A DNA stretch of 64,000 nt from Octopus sinensis (taxonomy: Eukaryota): contig NC_043008.1 of the NCBI RefSeq assembly GCF_006345805.1, positions 55,800,001 through 55,864,000 of the forward strand, written 5' to 3'. Of this stretch, positions 10,965 through 23,620 are shown piece by piece. The notes below the pieces were generated by a model that saw only the letters and a list, made by a program, of their open reading frames with translations, was not told the DNA's origin and ran no database searches. Made by a program: the position numbers and the translations under genes. Numbering within the stretch: position 1 is the stretch's first letter; the number at the start of each line of letters is the position of its first letter.

Positions 10965-11062
10965 ATTGGAATCGATAAGTACCAGTTGAGCAGTGGAGTC
11001 GATGTAATCGACTTAGTCCCTTCCCCCAAATTTGAGGCCTTGTGCTTCTAGTAGAAAGGATT
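10965..11062 (+). mobile_element. SINE family B 3' fragment (short tail type)
   Basis: ataagtaccagttgagc ... ccttgtgcttctagtagaaagg. Confidence 0.7.
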
Positions 11063-11429
11063 GTTATTATTGTTGTTGTTGTTGTTGCTGCTGTTTCTTT
11101 ACTTGTTCTTTCAATTTCGTTTCCCTTTCCTTCATAATGTCTTCCCGACACCTAGAGCAAAGTAATTATGCAAATATTGTGATATAACTCATGTAAAAAT
11201 AAATATTATTTCAATAAAGTTGGAGTTGATTTGATTTTATTATGGGACAACGTACAGCTAAACTTCATACCAATTAATCAATACACATAAAACCAGCCCG
11301 ACAATTTTGAATGAATTCTATTGGATTAAAGAAGTTTTCTTAATGCACGTTATCTATTTGATAGCTATAAATATATTTGTAGCATAGCTCGGCGATACTC
11401 TCACTGTTTGAGAGAGATCTTAGAAATGA

Positions 11430-12802
11430 TGTCGTGTTAGATAGCAGCCATCCTACGGCTGCTTGGGACCGGTTGTGTCCGCTGCTCTAATTGGCTGGTT
11501 TTGGTGCAGTATTATTTCGCGCTAGTGTGTAAACCAACCAATCACGGCCTTCGGATAGGGTCCCGTGACACAGTCTTTTGGGTTTTCACTGGAGCCCACC
11601 TTTAGCTTTAAAAGGTGTCAGCAATTCACTATATTTTGTCTTTGGTCTCTGACCATTGACCATACAGCAGCTAGCGACAAACCAAACAGCCAGTTCCAGC
11701 GACTTAACCGCGACGACACCAACATGCAGCATCTCAGGACGTTTTCTACCACCGTCACCTTCATCTCAACGTCGCCTTTCTCTACCGTCACCATCACCAC
11801 CGTCGACTTCAACAATACGTACACAGCAACTCGCTCAGGTTTAACTTTACACGCTGTTGTATACACACACCAAAGTGAACAGCTTCAGTCTACTTGCGAG
11901 AACTTTCTGTACCAAAGAAACCTGGCAATGGATTGAAGCCACAACTTCTACACGAGTAGTAACCGCTCTCCTCTTTGCCACCAACTCCTTGATACAGAAC
12001 TAACTGCTATTGTGAACTGGCAATTATCTCCATTTTTGTGTCTGAACATACATCTGGCGTACTGATTATAGAGTTTTCTATGCTCTGCATTATCTCACAC
12101 TTGTAACGCACACACGTACACAGAACACACACACTTGTCGCACTCATAGACAAACACTCTGCCACTCACGGACACACAGACACACATATGTGCACGCACT
12201 CAGACACACTCTGCGGATCTTTTCGGTTTGAACGGCAGTTTTTTCTAGCGATGTCATATGAAATTGTCACCCATAATTATGACCCGAGTATCGATCTATT
12301 GCATTTCAATCTGTTTTAGGGTTAGGGTTAGTTAGGGTTAGGGGTGGGGGGAAGGGTATCTTTTTTTCTTCAGAAATGTAAATAAACCCAATCTGTTTCT
12401 TAAACGAGGAAATATTCATACGGCACAGAGTGTTTTCACCTCAATAGACGTCATTGATTGGTTAAAATTGCAGAAATTGAAGAAAAAAACAACAAATATC
12501 TTACAAACTGTAAAATTTTCTCAATAAAGCCAAGAGAAAAAGATGTTTTATAAACACATTCTACCAATATACGAAGTTTAAAAGTGTTTAGTTACGTGGA
12601 AATTATTAAAAAAAACTGCCGGTCAAACCGAAAAGATCCCACTCTGCTAGTACACATCTGTAAATAAAGTCTTCTTCTTTCAAACAGTAAACGGTTGTGT
12701 CGTCTTCCTTATTCATTGTGCCACTCTTATTCTTTTATGCCATACATTTGGCTTCCTCTTTGTAAGGGCGACCGTGCGGCGTTTTAAAAGGAGACATTTC
12801 TG
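11430..12802 (+). repeat. Possible solo LTR or unclassified repeat hosting a MITE
   Basis: tgtc...gaca ends, ccaatc motif, aataaa near the 3' end, CpG-richer than the flanks; no TSD found. Confidence 0.3.
12215..12639. mobile_element. MITE with ~28-bp TIRs, GG termini and 8-bp TSD (Merlin-like)
   Basis: TIR ggatcttttcggtttga(a/c)cggcagtttt; TSD cactctgc at 12207-12214 and 12640-12647; second copy at 54651. Confidence 0.85.
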
Positions 12803-13284
12803 TCACCATCTCCTTTACGTACGGTCGTTCACTACATATTCAAACAATTTTTTTTTACTTCAAGCTTTGGGCTTCTCTGAGTCAAAGAGCCTCTCGGCCC
12901 TATACTCCTCCCCTGCACCAAGCTTGAGGTCCATGAGCCATGACCCATATATAAATCCAGCCCTGCTTATCTTCTGATATATCTTGTTTGATTCTGTGTA
13001 GCCACAATCAAGCCGTCTGTCTCTTACTTCTAAACTCTTTCCTGTCACTACTGTAATGACTTCTTTCCACAATACCCTTCGTAATACTTTTTCAAAAATC
13101 CCTTTTTCAGTTAAACTTTTCTGTTTATATTGTTGCATTCTAGCTCTTTAAGTATCTTAACCCCTTTTCTCCGGAAATTAGATACATCCACTCAAAATTT
13201 CATTACTATTAAACTGCGGGAATTACTTTTATATATTGATTTATCTTTTGTGAGGAGCCAAATTTGAAACTAATGTTTTGTTGA

Positions 13285-13455
13285 GTCGTAGGAGTGGCTG
13301 TGTGATAAGTAGCTTGCTTACCAACCACATGGTTCCGGGTTCAGTCCCACTGCGTGGCACCTTGAGCAAGTGTCTTCTACTAGAGCCTCGGGTCGACCAA
13401 AGCCTTGTGAGTGGATTTGGTAGACGGAAACTGAAAGAAGCCCGTCGTATATATG

Positions 13456-13491
<36 letters not shown>

Positions 13492-13516
13492 TATATACGA
13501 CGGGCTTCTTTCAGTT

Positions 13517-13548
<32 letters not shown>

Positions 13549-13770
13549 GTGTGTATATGTTTGTGTGTTTGTGTTTGTCCCCCCAACATCGCTTGACAAC
13601 CGATGATGGCGTGTTTACGTCCCCGTATCTTAGCGGTTCGGCCGAAGAGACCGATAGAATAAGTACTAGGCTTACAAAGAATAAGTCCTGAAGTCGATTT
13701 GCTCGACTAAAGGCGGTGCTCAAGCATGGCCACAGTCACATGACTGAAACAAGTAAAAGAGTAAAAGAGT
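13285..13770 (+). mobile_element. Full-length SINE family A
   Basis: All modules present; part of the linker is duplicated internally. Confidence 0.9.
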
Positions 13771-14099
13771 ATATGTCAAGTTTATTGAAGTAACATGGCT
13801 TGCAGACAACACCAGTTCTATTTTTTGGTAGACATTTAATATCATTACTGGAATAACCATATTTAATTTCGCAATTTACAGATTAAGCATAGATAATACT
13901 CAGCGTTGCTGCAATTGAGATACTAGCCCTCTATATTTTCTCGAATCTCCCATTTCTTTAATATCTCAAGTAAAAACCGTTGAAAAATTAACAGAACGTC
14001 AATTTATAAATGTTAGGATTTGGGTGGAATAAGTAGAGTAGCCTCCCTTGGTTTATCCTATCTTTAAAAACAAACAAAAGAATTGAGATAATTAGTAAT

Positions 14100-14530
14100 T
14101 GCTGTTGTTGTTAGCCCCACGTAAACCCTGATGTAGCAGACTTATGACAAAAACATTCTAACCGTGACCATCCTGTACATATGATATTATATATAGGGAA
14201 TCCTGAATAATAGTATTCAATGCGACATTGTTTTAAGATTGTGAAGTGTGCTTTGAGAAAGATTTGGCAGTTATTTCTAGCAAGTCGAAAGACCACGTAG
14301 AGGCAGATTGTTGTTAGTGTTTAGCCCTGAGTCAGCCTTGAAAGAAACCTATGATGAATACATTACACTCATGGCTATCTTTTTTTCCTCCATTACTTTC
14401 CAGGCATAGTATATCTAGGACTACGTTATCTAATGTGTCCTTCGATTTTTTAGACACCTTGGAGTGTGAATCAACGGAGATTTCGCTGTTATTTCTAGCA
14501 AGTCGAATGACCATATAGAAGCACCCATGT
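14100..14530 (+). repeat. Two adjacent family D copies
   Basis: gttgttgttagcccc...ttatttctagcaagtcga occurs twice. Confidence 0.65.
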
Positions 14531-14639
14531 GGCTATAGGTTTGATGCACGAACCACAGACCTGTTGATCCCGGTATACCTGATGGATAAACGTATGTGAG
14601 TATATATACGAATGTATATGTATGTATATTGTATATTCT

Positions 14640-15183
14640 TTTCTACTCTAGGCACAAGGGCCAAAATTTAGGGGGAGGGGGCCGGTCGATTAGACTGGTA
14701 CTTAATTTATCGACCCCGAAAGGATGAAAGGCAAAGTCGACCTCGGCGGAATTTGAACGCAGAACGTAAAACCGGGCGAAATATCTATTTCTTTACTGCC
14801 CACAAGGGGCTACACACAGTGGGGACAAACAAGGACAGACAAACGGATTAAGTCGATTATATCGATCCTCAGTGCGTAACTGGTACTTATTTAATCGACC
14901 CCGAAAGGATGAAAGGCAAAGTCAACCTCGGCGGAATTTGAACACAGAACGTAGCAGCAGACGAAATACTTATTTCTTTACTACCCACAAGGGGCTAAAC
15001 ACAGAGGGGACGAACAAGGACAGACAGACGGATTAAGTCGATTATATCAGCCCCAGTGTGTAACTGGTGCTTAATTTATCGACTCCGAAAGGATGAAAGG
15101 CAAAGTCGACCTCGGCGGAATTTGAACTCAGAACATAACGGCAGACGAAATACGGCTACGCATTTTGCCCGGCGTGCTAACGT
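14640..15183 (-). mobile_element. Tandem array of SINE family B bodies (3 units, period ~184-185 bp)
   Basis: cgac(c/t)ccgaaaggatgaaaggc at ~14711, 14896 and 15080; a single head at the right end. Confidence 0.9.
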
Positions 15184-15225
15184 TTTTTCCAATAAGGAAT
15201 TGGAAAAATAAAACGTAAGAATATG

Positions 15226-15290
<65 letters not shown>

Positions 15291-15569
15291 GCAGAATGAT
15301 GGGCGATATAGCTGACAGGCGTTCAAGGAATTCAACTTCACTTCTGCTCTTCTATCTAAAGGAAATAACTCCTTATTAACCAAATTTAGATTACGAGTTA
15401 TGTCCCTTAGTACTATTAACCAACACCTACGCCTGCACAATACATTTTGTTTCTTGTATAAGTGGAATAAAGTAGTGCTCATGACCCTTTACAAGGCCTC
15501 TAAGACTGATGGAAAGGAAGGTGGGAAGACGGACGGAAGGAAGGAAGGAAGGAAATTTTTTTAAAATCA

Positions 15570-15943
15570 TTTACTTGTTTCAGTCGTTAAATTGTGGCCA
15601 TGCTGGGGCACCACCTTGAAGAATTTTTAGTCGAGCGAATCGACCCCAGCACTTTTTTTAAAAGCCTGGTACTTTTTCTATTGGTGTCTTTTGCCGTTAA
15701 GTTATAAGGACGTAAACACGTCAACACCGGTTGTCCTGCGATGAGTGGGGGGGGGGGGCAAACACATACATAAAACACTTACGATGGGCTTCATTCGGTT
15801 TCCGTTTAACCAAATCCATTCACAAAGCTTTGGTCGGCCCGAGGCTGTAGTAGGAGACACTTACTCAAGGCGTCACACAATGGGACTGAACCTGGGACCA
15901 TGTGGTTGGGAAGCAAGCTTCTTACACAGCCCCGCCTGCACCT
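15570..15943 (-). mobile_element. SINE family A
   Basis: Reverse-complement match to the copy at 3880-4268. Confidence 0.85.
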
Positions 15944-16034
15944 ATGTCTGTAAATCTGATCCAAAAGTTTGTTCGAGTGAACTCCACTTAAAACTCTCAG
16001 AGTGCCACTTTGTAAAGTTCATCCGGTTACAGAT

Positions 16035-16640
16035 TCTTTTCTACTCTAGGCACAAGGCCCAAAAGTTTTGGGGTGGGGGCCAGTCGATTAGATCGACCCC
16101 AGTACACATCTGGTACTTAATTTATCGACCCCGAAAGGATGACTGGCAAAGTCGACCTCGGTGGAATTTGAACTCAGAGCGTAAGAGACAGACGAAATAC
16201 CGCTAAGCACTTCGACCTGTGTGCTAACGTTTCTTATTTTTTATTGCCCACAAGGAACTAAACATAGAGGGGACAGACAAAGGGATTAAGCCGATTACAT
16301 AGACCCCAGTGCGTAACTGGTACTTAATTTATCTACCCCGAAAAGATGAAACGCAAAGTCGTCCTCGGCGAAATTTGAATTCAGAACGTAACGGCAGACA
16401 AAATACCCATTTCTTTATTGCCCACAAGGGGCTAAACATAGAGTGGACAAACAAGGATAGACAAACAGATTAAGTCGATTATATCGACCCCAGTGCGTAA
16501 CTGGTACTGATTTAATCGACCCCGAAAGGATGAAAGGCAAAGTCGACCTCGGCGGAATTTGAACTCAGAACGCAGCAGCGGACGAAATACCGCAAAGCAC
16601 TTCGCCCGGCGTGCTAACGTTTCTGCCAGCTCGCCGCCTT
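16035..16640 (-). mobile_element. Tandem or nested SINE family B array (3 bodies)
   Basis: Head at ~16640, two long-tail units, then a partial head and a short-tail unit. Confidence 0.9.
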
Positions 16641-16884
16641 CCGGTCACAGATTGCATTAGCCACAGTGAGATTTGAAACCACAACGCAAAGAACAGGAAC
16701 AAATACCGCCAGTCATCGGATTGGACGTTTTTATGTTTCTGCCAGTTTGCTTTCCTGAATTGGTACTTTTTATTTCTCGACCCTGAAAGACTGAAAGGCA
16801 GAGCTGGCCTTGATGGGATTTGAACTTAAAGCACAAAGCTCCAGTAACACTACCTTATAACCGCCCATAAATAGCGTTTACGTT

Positions 16885-17262
16885 TTCGTTTTACTTTTTT
16901 CAGTCATTAGGTTGTGGCTAACCTGGTGCCCTGCTTTGAAGGCTTTTAGTCGAACAAATCGACCTGGGTACTTATTGTTTTCTTTATAACATCTGGTAAT
17001 TACCCTATTGGTTCTTTTTGCTGAACCGCTAAGGTACATGGACGTAAAAAGCCAACACCGGCTGTCAAACGATGGCGCGGAACAAATACAATCACACACG
17101 ATGGGCTTCTTTCAGTTTCCGTCTACAAAATCTACTTAGAAGGTTCCGGTTGTCTAGGGCTATAGTAGAAGATACTTGCCCAGGGTGCCATGCAATAGGA
17201 CTGAACCCAAGATCGCATGACTGGGTAGCAAGCTTCACAACCAGACATGTACGCCGTGCCTA
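16885..17262 (-). mobile_element. Diverged SINE family A
   Basis: Family motifs on the minus strand. Confidence 0.8.
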
Positions 17263-17949
17263 TGTCACGGATTTCGTAGAAACGGGGATAGTTCATCGTC
17301 TGATGATTGTTTTGACACAAACTGTACATAAAACTTCAAGTTAATGATGTACCGTTGCTGTGTCTATAAGCCCCCCTCTCTCTCTCATAAACATATAGGA
17401 ATATACTTTGTGAATCCTTACATGTTATATTCCGCAAGAAACAAGTTCTTTTGAATAGTTGATTTTTCTAGTGTAACGATTGCGTATGTTTAAGTTATCG
17501 TACACATTTACAAATACGTATATTATTCCACACACATACACACACACAACTACGCGCCCGCACACACATTTTACATATATAAATTCTATAGAAGCACTCC
17601 AACACACATGCATACATTTACAAGTGCGTCATTTAAGTGTGTAAATACGCTTGCGTGTGCATACGCGTGTGTATATGCACGTGTGTGTGTTAGAGATAGA
17701 GAGATAAGAATATTGGTCTGAGTGAAAGAATATATCTTTATATATCAATATTTCTACAGACGCAACCTTTTATCTCTGAGTTTTCGTCACTATCTATTCC
17801 CTCCAGCGAATGTATACATATATATGAATGGATCTACGTATATATGTATGTATTGCATGAATATAGTGCATGCTTGCATGTATGTGCGTGTGTGTGTGTC
17901 TGTATGTTAGCATGCATGTATGTATATATGTTTACATTGTTAATGCAGG

Positions 17950-18023
17950 AATGAATTGTGTGTCTGTCTGTCTATCTATCTATCTATCTATCTACCTATC
18001 TACCTACCTACCTACCTACCTAC

Positions 18024-18062
<39 letters not shown>

Positions 18063-18083
18063 CCTACCTACCTACCTACCTAC

Positions 18084-18155
<72 letters not shown>

Positions 18156-18893
18156 GTGTGTGTGTGAGTGTAAAACTAAATGAAAATATATATGTACTTA
18201 TGCGTGTTTGTCTATGTCTGTCTGTTTGTATCTATCTATCTATCTATCTATGTGTGTGCGTGTGTGTGTAAAAATAAATGAAAAAATATATATGTGCTTA
18301 TGCGTGTTAGTCTGTGTGTGTGTATGTATCTCAGCGTGCGTCTGCTCCCGTGTGTATGTGTATGTATGTGTGTGAGTGTGTAAGTACACATCTAACAAAT
18401 ATATATTTTCATATCCGATATGTATGTATGTATGTATGTACGTATGCATCTAGTCATGTGTATACGTATATGTATGCCTGAATGTAAAGATAAATTTATG
18501 TATGTAAGAGAGGCAAGTGAGGGAGGGGACGCAGGGGTAAAAAGAAAGAAGAAAAGAAACAAAAGGTACAGATTGTTAAATTGATAGATACAGACATATA
18601 GATAAATAGTGAGAGAGATAGACAGACAAATAGATAGAAAGATAAAGATAGACCAACAGATAGAAAAAGATAGACAAACAAATAGATAGATAAATATGTA
18701 GATAGATAGAAACAGATATATAGATGGATGGATAGATAGATAGATAGATAGATAGATAGACAGATAGATAGATAGACAGATAGATAGATAGATAGACAGA
18801 TAGATAGATAGATAGACAGACAGATAGATAGACAGATAGATAGATATATAGATAGATAGACAGAAAGACAGATAGATAGACAGATAGATAGAC

Positions 18894-18948
<55 letters not shown>

Positions 18949-18949
18949 C

Positions 18950-18992
<43 letters not shown>

Positions 18993-19013
18993 CAGATAGA
19001 TAGATAGACAGAC

Positions 19014-19096
<83 letters not shown>

Positions 19097-19299
19097 CAGA
19101 TAGAGATAGAGAGATAGACCGATAAATAGATAGGTATACTACAAACAAACCGATGGAAATGTGTTATGAGACTACTGGATAGAAATTGAAGAAACTAGTG
19201 ATGGTCTGTCTCGGCAAAAAGTAATACAGATTTGTAACGTGGAATAAATGTAATGCCGTTGGGAAGAAAAGACCGATACAAATGTACATTTGCCTATGG

Positions 19300-19334
<35 letters not shown>

Positions 19335-19846
19335 AAGAGTCACAGATAAATTGGTAGAGAGAACAGACAGCTAGCTAAACAGACGACTAATTCGACAGAC
19401 AACTAGACAGGTGTACACACACACACAAACACACGTATATGTATGTGTATGTGTGTGTGTGTAGATATATGCATATGTATATAAAGAAAAAGACAGAAAG
19501 TGAGAGAACTGAGAGGCAGAAAAATAGGCAAAAACGATAGAAAAACATTGAGCTAGGTAAGACAGATATAGATAGATACTCAGGCATTGTAAGACAGACA
19601 GAGATAAGTGGCAGATAGACAGATAGATATAGATAGATAGATAGACAGATAGATATATAGATAGATAGATTGACAGACAGATAGATAGGTAGAAAGACAG
19701 ATAGATAGAAAGACAGACAGATAGAAAGACAGACAGATAGATAGAAAGACAAACAGATAGAAAGACAGACAGATAGACAGACAGATAGAAAGACAGACAG
19801 ATAGAAAGACAGACAGATAGATAGACAGACAGACAGACAGAAAGAC

Positions 19847-19905
<59 letters not shown>

Positions 19906-19930
19906 TAGATAGATAGATAGACAGAGAAAA
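17950..19930. repeat. Compound tetranucleotide arrays: (TCTA/CCTA)n, then (GATA/GACA)n
   Basis: Direct reading. Confidence 0.95.
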
Positions 19931-21049
19931 AGATAGACGGATAAATAGCAAGATTATTAAGCAGATGAACAGAAGAACAGAAAACAAACATAAAAAGTAA
20001 GAATACAAAGAAATAAATAAGTCAAGATGGGCATAAATAATAATCTGGCATAAATATAATGGTAAAAATTCTTGAAGGTGGAGAAAAAAATGTGACAGTT
20101 TTTGAATAGTGTAGGGGAGCTCCGGGTGGTAATAGTAATAGACAGGAGGAGGAGGGGGAGGTAGAGGGGAAGTAAAAAGCTGACAGTGATGATGATGATG
20201 ATGATGGAGAAGAGGGAAGAAGCGAGGAGGCAGAAGGAACTAAAGGAGGTGCGGTGATGCTAGTGATGATGGATGGATGATTATGGTGATAATGATGATG
20301 GAGGGATTGGGGAAGGTAGAAAGAAGGAAAGAACAGAAAAGGTGATGGCGATGGTGATGATGACGGAGAAAGAGGGGGAAGTGGATGCTGAGAGAAACAA
20401 GGCGCTGCGGTTGATGATGTTGATGATGATGATGTAGTAGGAGGCGAAAGGAAGACGTGAATGGGGAATGGTAGCAGCAAACTACATGAAAGGCGAATAT
20501 TTGTGATGATTGTTATTATAGTTATTTAACACCAGGTCAATTTTGATCAAACAGACCAATGATTAATGAATGTCATTCCAGCCGTAGTTATTCCATCTCT
20601 TCTTTCTTTCTTTTTTTTTTTCAGACAGAAGACTTCATTAGCCAATCTATCTTTCCATTTCTTTTTGTTTCTGATTCTCGTAGGTCGACCGCGTTGAGCA
20701 TCTTTCGATACGAGATGGGTGGTTATTGTATAGCCCCAGGCCAACTACACCACACCACACCACACCACACTACAAACCACGAGAGGTACACATAAACCTA
20801 TAATCAAAAGCCAATCCAGTCACGACCACACCGCATTTTCTACAGCAATAGTGTATCCCAGACAACTATCATCCAAAGTGGTGTTTTTACGAGAGGGCAG
20901 AGGTGTGTGTGGATTGAAGGTGATTTGGCTGCTGTTTCTAGTAGGGCCAGCGACCGTCAGGAGTGGTGATAGATGATGGTAAAGATAAATATAAGACTGG
21001 TGTAAGCAGAGGAAGACATCAAGGATGGGACAAGGGTCATACAAGGAGT

Positions 21050-21166
21050 GAGAGAAGAAATTACACAAGATGACTAGTAGTAGTAGTAGTAATAGTAGTA
21101 GTAGCAGTAGCAGGAAGAGACGGAGAGGGGGATAAGTGGCGGATATAGATAATTATATAAAGTTTT

Positions 21167-21198
<32 letters not shown>

Positions 21199-21486
21199 CG
21201 TGCGTAAGAGAAAGAGTGGGAGAGTGAGAGAAAGAGAGAGAAATTGAGTGAAAGAGAAAGAGAGAATGAAAGAGAGGGCGAGAGAGATAAAAGAAAGACG
21301 GATTGAAAAAGAGAGGAAGCGGAGAGAAAGAGAAATATGTTAAGAGTGAGTGAAAAGCGAAAGACTGATTGAGCAAAAACGATATACAGCGAGAGAGAAA
21401 GAAAAAGAGAAACAAAAGGGCAAGAGAATTAGAGAGTAAAAAAGGCACAGTGAGAAAGAGAAAATATAAGAGTAAAAAGGCACGGC

Positions 21487-21519
<33 letters not shown>

Positions 21520-21726
21520 AGAGTGAAAGAAGGGAAATTTAAAGTGTGTGCTTGAGAGTAAGAGAAAGAAAACAAAGAGTGAGTAAGAAAAACACGGACG
21601 GAAGAGGAGTGAGTTGATATTGAGAGGGAGGGAAACAGAGAGAGAGAAAAGAGGGGGAGAGAGTGAAAGAGAGAGAGAAAGAAAGAGAGGGGGAGAGAGA
21701 GAAAGAAAGAGAGGGAGAGAGAGAGA

Positions 21727-21757
<31 letters not shown>

Positions 21758-22019
21758 GGCGAGACAAATGATGGGATGAACCGAGAGAGAGAGAGAAAGC
21801 GGTAGAGAAATAAAGCGGGAGAAAGATTATGAGAATGAATAAATAGGAAATAGAAATATTTTTACGACAGAAATATTAATAGGACAGAGAGAAAAATAAA
21901 AAGAGAAAAATAAAAAGAGAAAGAGAAAGAGAGGGACGGGTTAGATGACGAATTAAAGAAAGAGGAAGAGGTGAAGAAAGAGAGGAAAGAAAAAGGAAGC
22001 TAGATAAATAAAACGTTTT

Positions 22020-22050
<31 letters not shown>

Positions 22051-22938
22051 TCTCCTCATGTGGGTATGTATGTGAGAGAGAGAGAGAGAGAAAGAATGTG
22101 AGAGATTATAGGATTGACTAGAGATAGATAGAGAGATAAAGAGATAGAGAGGAGAGATTAGGAGATTAAAACGAAAAGAGAGAAAGAGGTAGATAGGTAG
22201 AGAAATAGAGTGGATTAGGAAACAACGTAGAATGGTGAGAGAGTGAGGTTGTTAATTAGAGAGAGAAAGAGAGAAGAATAGAATTAGGAATGAGAAATGA
22301 AGAATGTGAGAAAGAAACAAAGAGAGAGAGGGAGAAAGAGAGAAACACAGAGTGGGGAGAGAGAAAGCAAAAGTATAAGTGATTGAATGAAGCGATAGAT
22401 AGATAGATATAACAATTTAGTGAAGGAGACGGAGAGGGATTAGGAGGCCGGTTAGAGAAAGACAGAGAAATATATATATAGAGAAGGAGAGAGTGTAAGA
22501 GATTAGGTGATTGACTGAAGAACGTGAGAGAGAAAGAAATGGAGATGTTTAAAGAAAGGGAGAGAGAGAGCGAGAGAAGGAAAGAAAGAAAGAGTGAAAC
22601 ATTAAGAGATTGCTTGGAGTGAGAAGTTGAAAGAAAGGTAGACGGCTAGATAGATTGAGATAAATAAAGAGAGATAGGGAGAGATTCGGAGACCGCAAAT
22701 GATGGAGAGAGAGAGGGGGAGAGGGGGAGAGAGACAGGGGAAGAGAGAGAGAAAGAGTGAGATATTAAGAGACTGCCTGGTGAGAGAAGATGAAAGAGTA
22801 GGTGACTAACTTGAGATAGAGATCGAGAGAGCAAGTGAGAGATAGAGAGGGGGATTAGATGACATTAGAGAGTGTGTGAGAGATAGACAGGGGGAGATTA
22901 GGCGACATTAGAGTGTGTGTGAATGTGTGTGTGTGTGT

Positions 22939-22983
<45 letters not shown>

Positions 22984-23620
22984 GAGACCACTGACAGGGA
23001 AAAAAGAGACAGACAGAGAAAGAGTAAACAAAAAGAGAAAGTAAATAAAAGAGCTAGAAGAGAGAAAGAGTAAATAAGAGAAAGAGAGAGAAAAACAGAG
23101 GAAATAAGAAGACAGAAAGAGTAAATAAAAATGATATAAAAAGTAAGAGTAAATAAGAGAAAAAAAATGAGAGGGTTAATGAAAGAGAAGGGGGAGACAG
23201 TAAAAGAGAAAGTGTAAATAAGAATGACAGAAAAAGAAAGAGAAAAATAAAAGTGACAAAGATAGAAAGATAGAAAGACAGAGAGAGAGAGAGGAGAGAG
23301 AGATTGAGGGTCACTAGGAGAGACGTAAAGAGACAGGGTAAATAAAGAGATAGAAGACAGTAAATAAAAGCGACATAAAGAGAGAATTAAACTGAAGAAA
23401 AGAAAACCGGAGAGAAAGAAAAGCAGAGAGAGAAATAGAGGGAGAGAGAAAAAGTGGAAGAGAGAGTAAAAGAGAAAGATAGAGAGAGAGAGACAGAAAG
23501 AGAGAAATGAAAGAAAAAAGAAGCAGGGAGAACGGAGATGTAGTGAAGAAGACGATGGAAAGATATAAGAGAGTAAAGTATATACATATGAGAGAGTGAG
23601 TGTGAGTGAAAGTGTGAGTG
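21050..23620 (+). repeat. ~2.6-kb purine-rich (GA/AG) low-complexity tract
   Basis: Direct reading; several pure (AG)n runs. Confidence 0.9.

Noticed and set aside
13241-13723. Recurring ORFs containing RLPNPLTRLWS / KVPRSGTEPGTMW
   Set aside because: These are reading frames of SINE family A, repeated at many copies; they are not genes.
14640-15183. CRISPR-like or retrozyme interpretation of the ~184-bp tandem arrays
   Set aside because: Eukaryotic context, no spacers, units are SINE bodies, and no hammerhead core was found in them.
17870-19991. Long ORFs (up to 206 aa) of LSIY/YLPT type, and similar MYVC/HTYI ORFs at 25030-26437, 44321-44969, 55467-56333 and 61018-62648
   Set aside because: These are translations of microsatellites that happen to lack stop codons.
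20022-20480. 152-aa Ser/Pro-rich minus-strand ORF
   Set aside because: Low-complexity GAT/GGA-rich sequence without splice signals or domain features.
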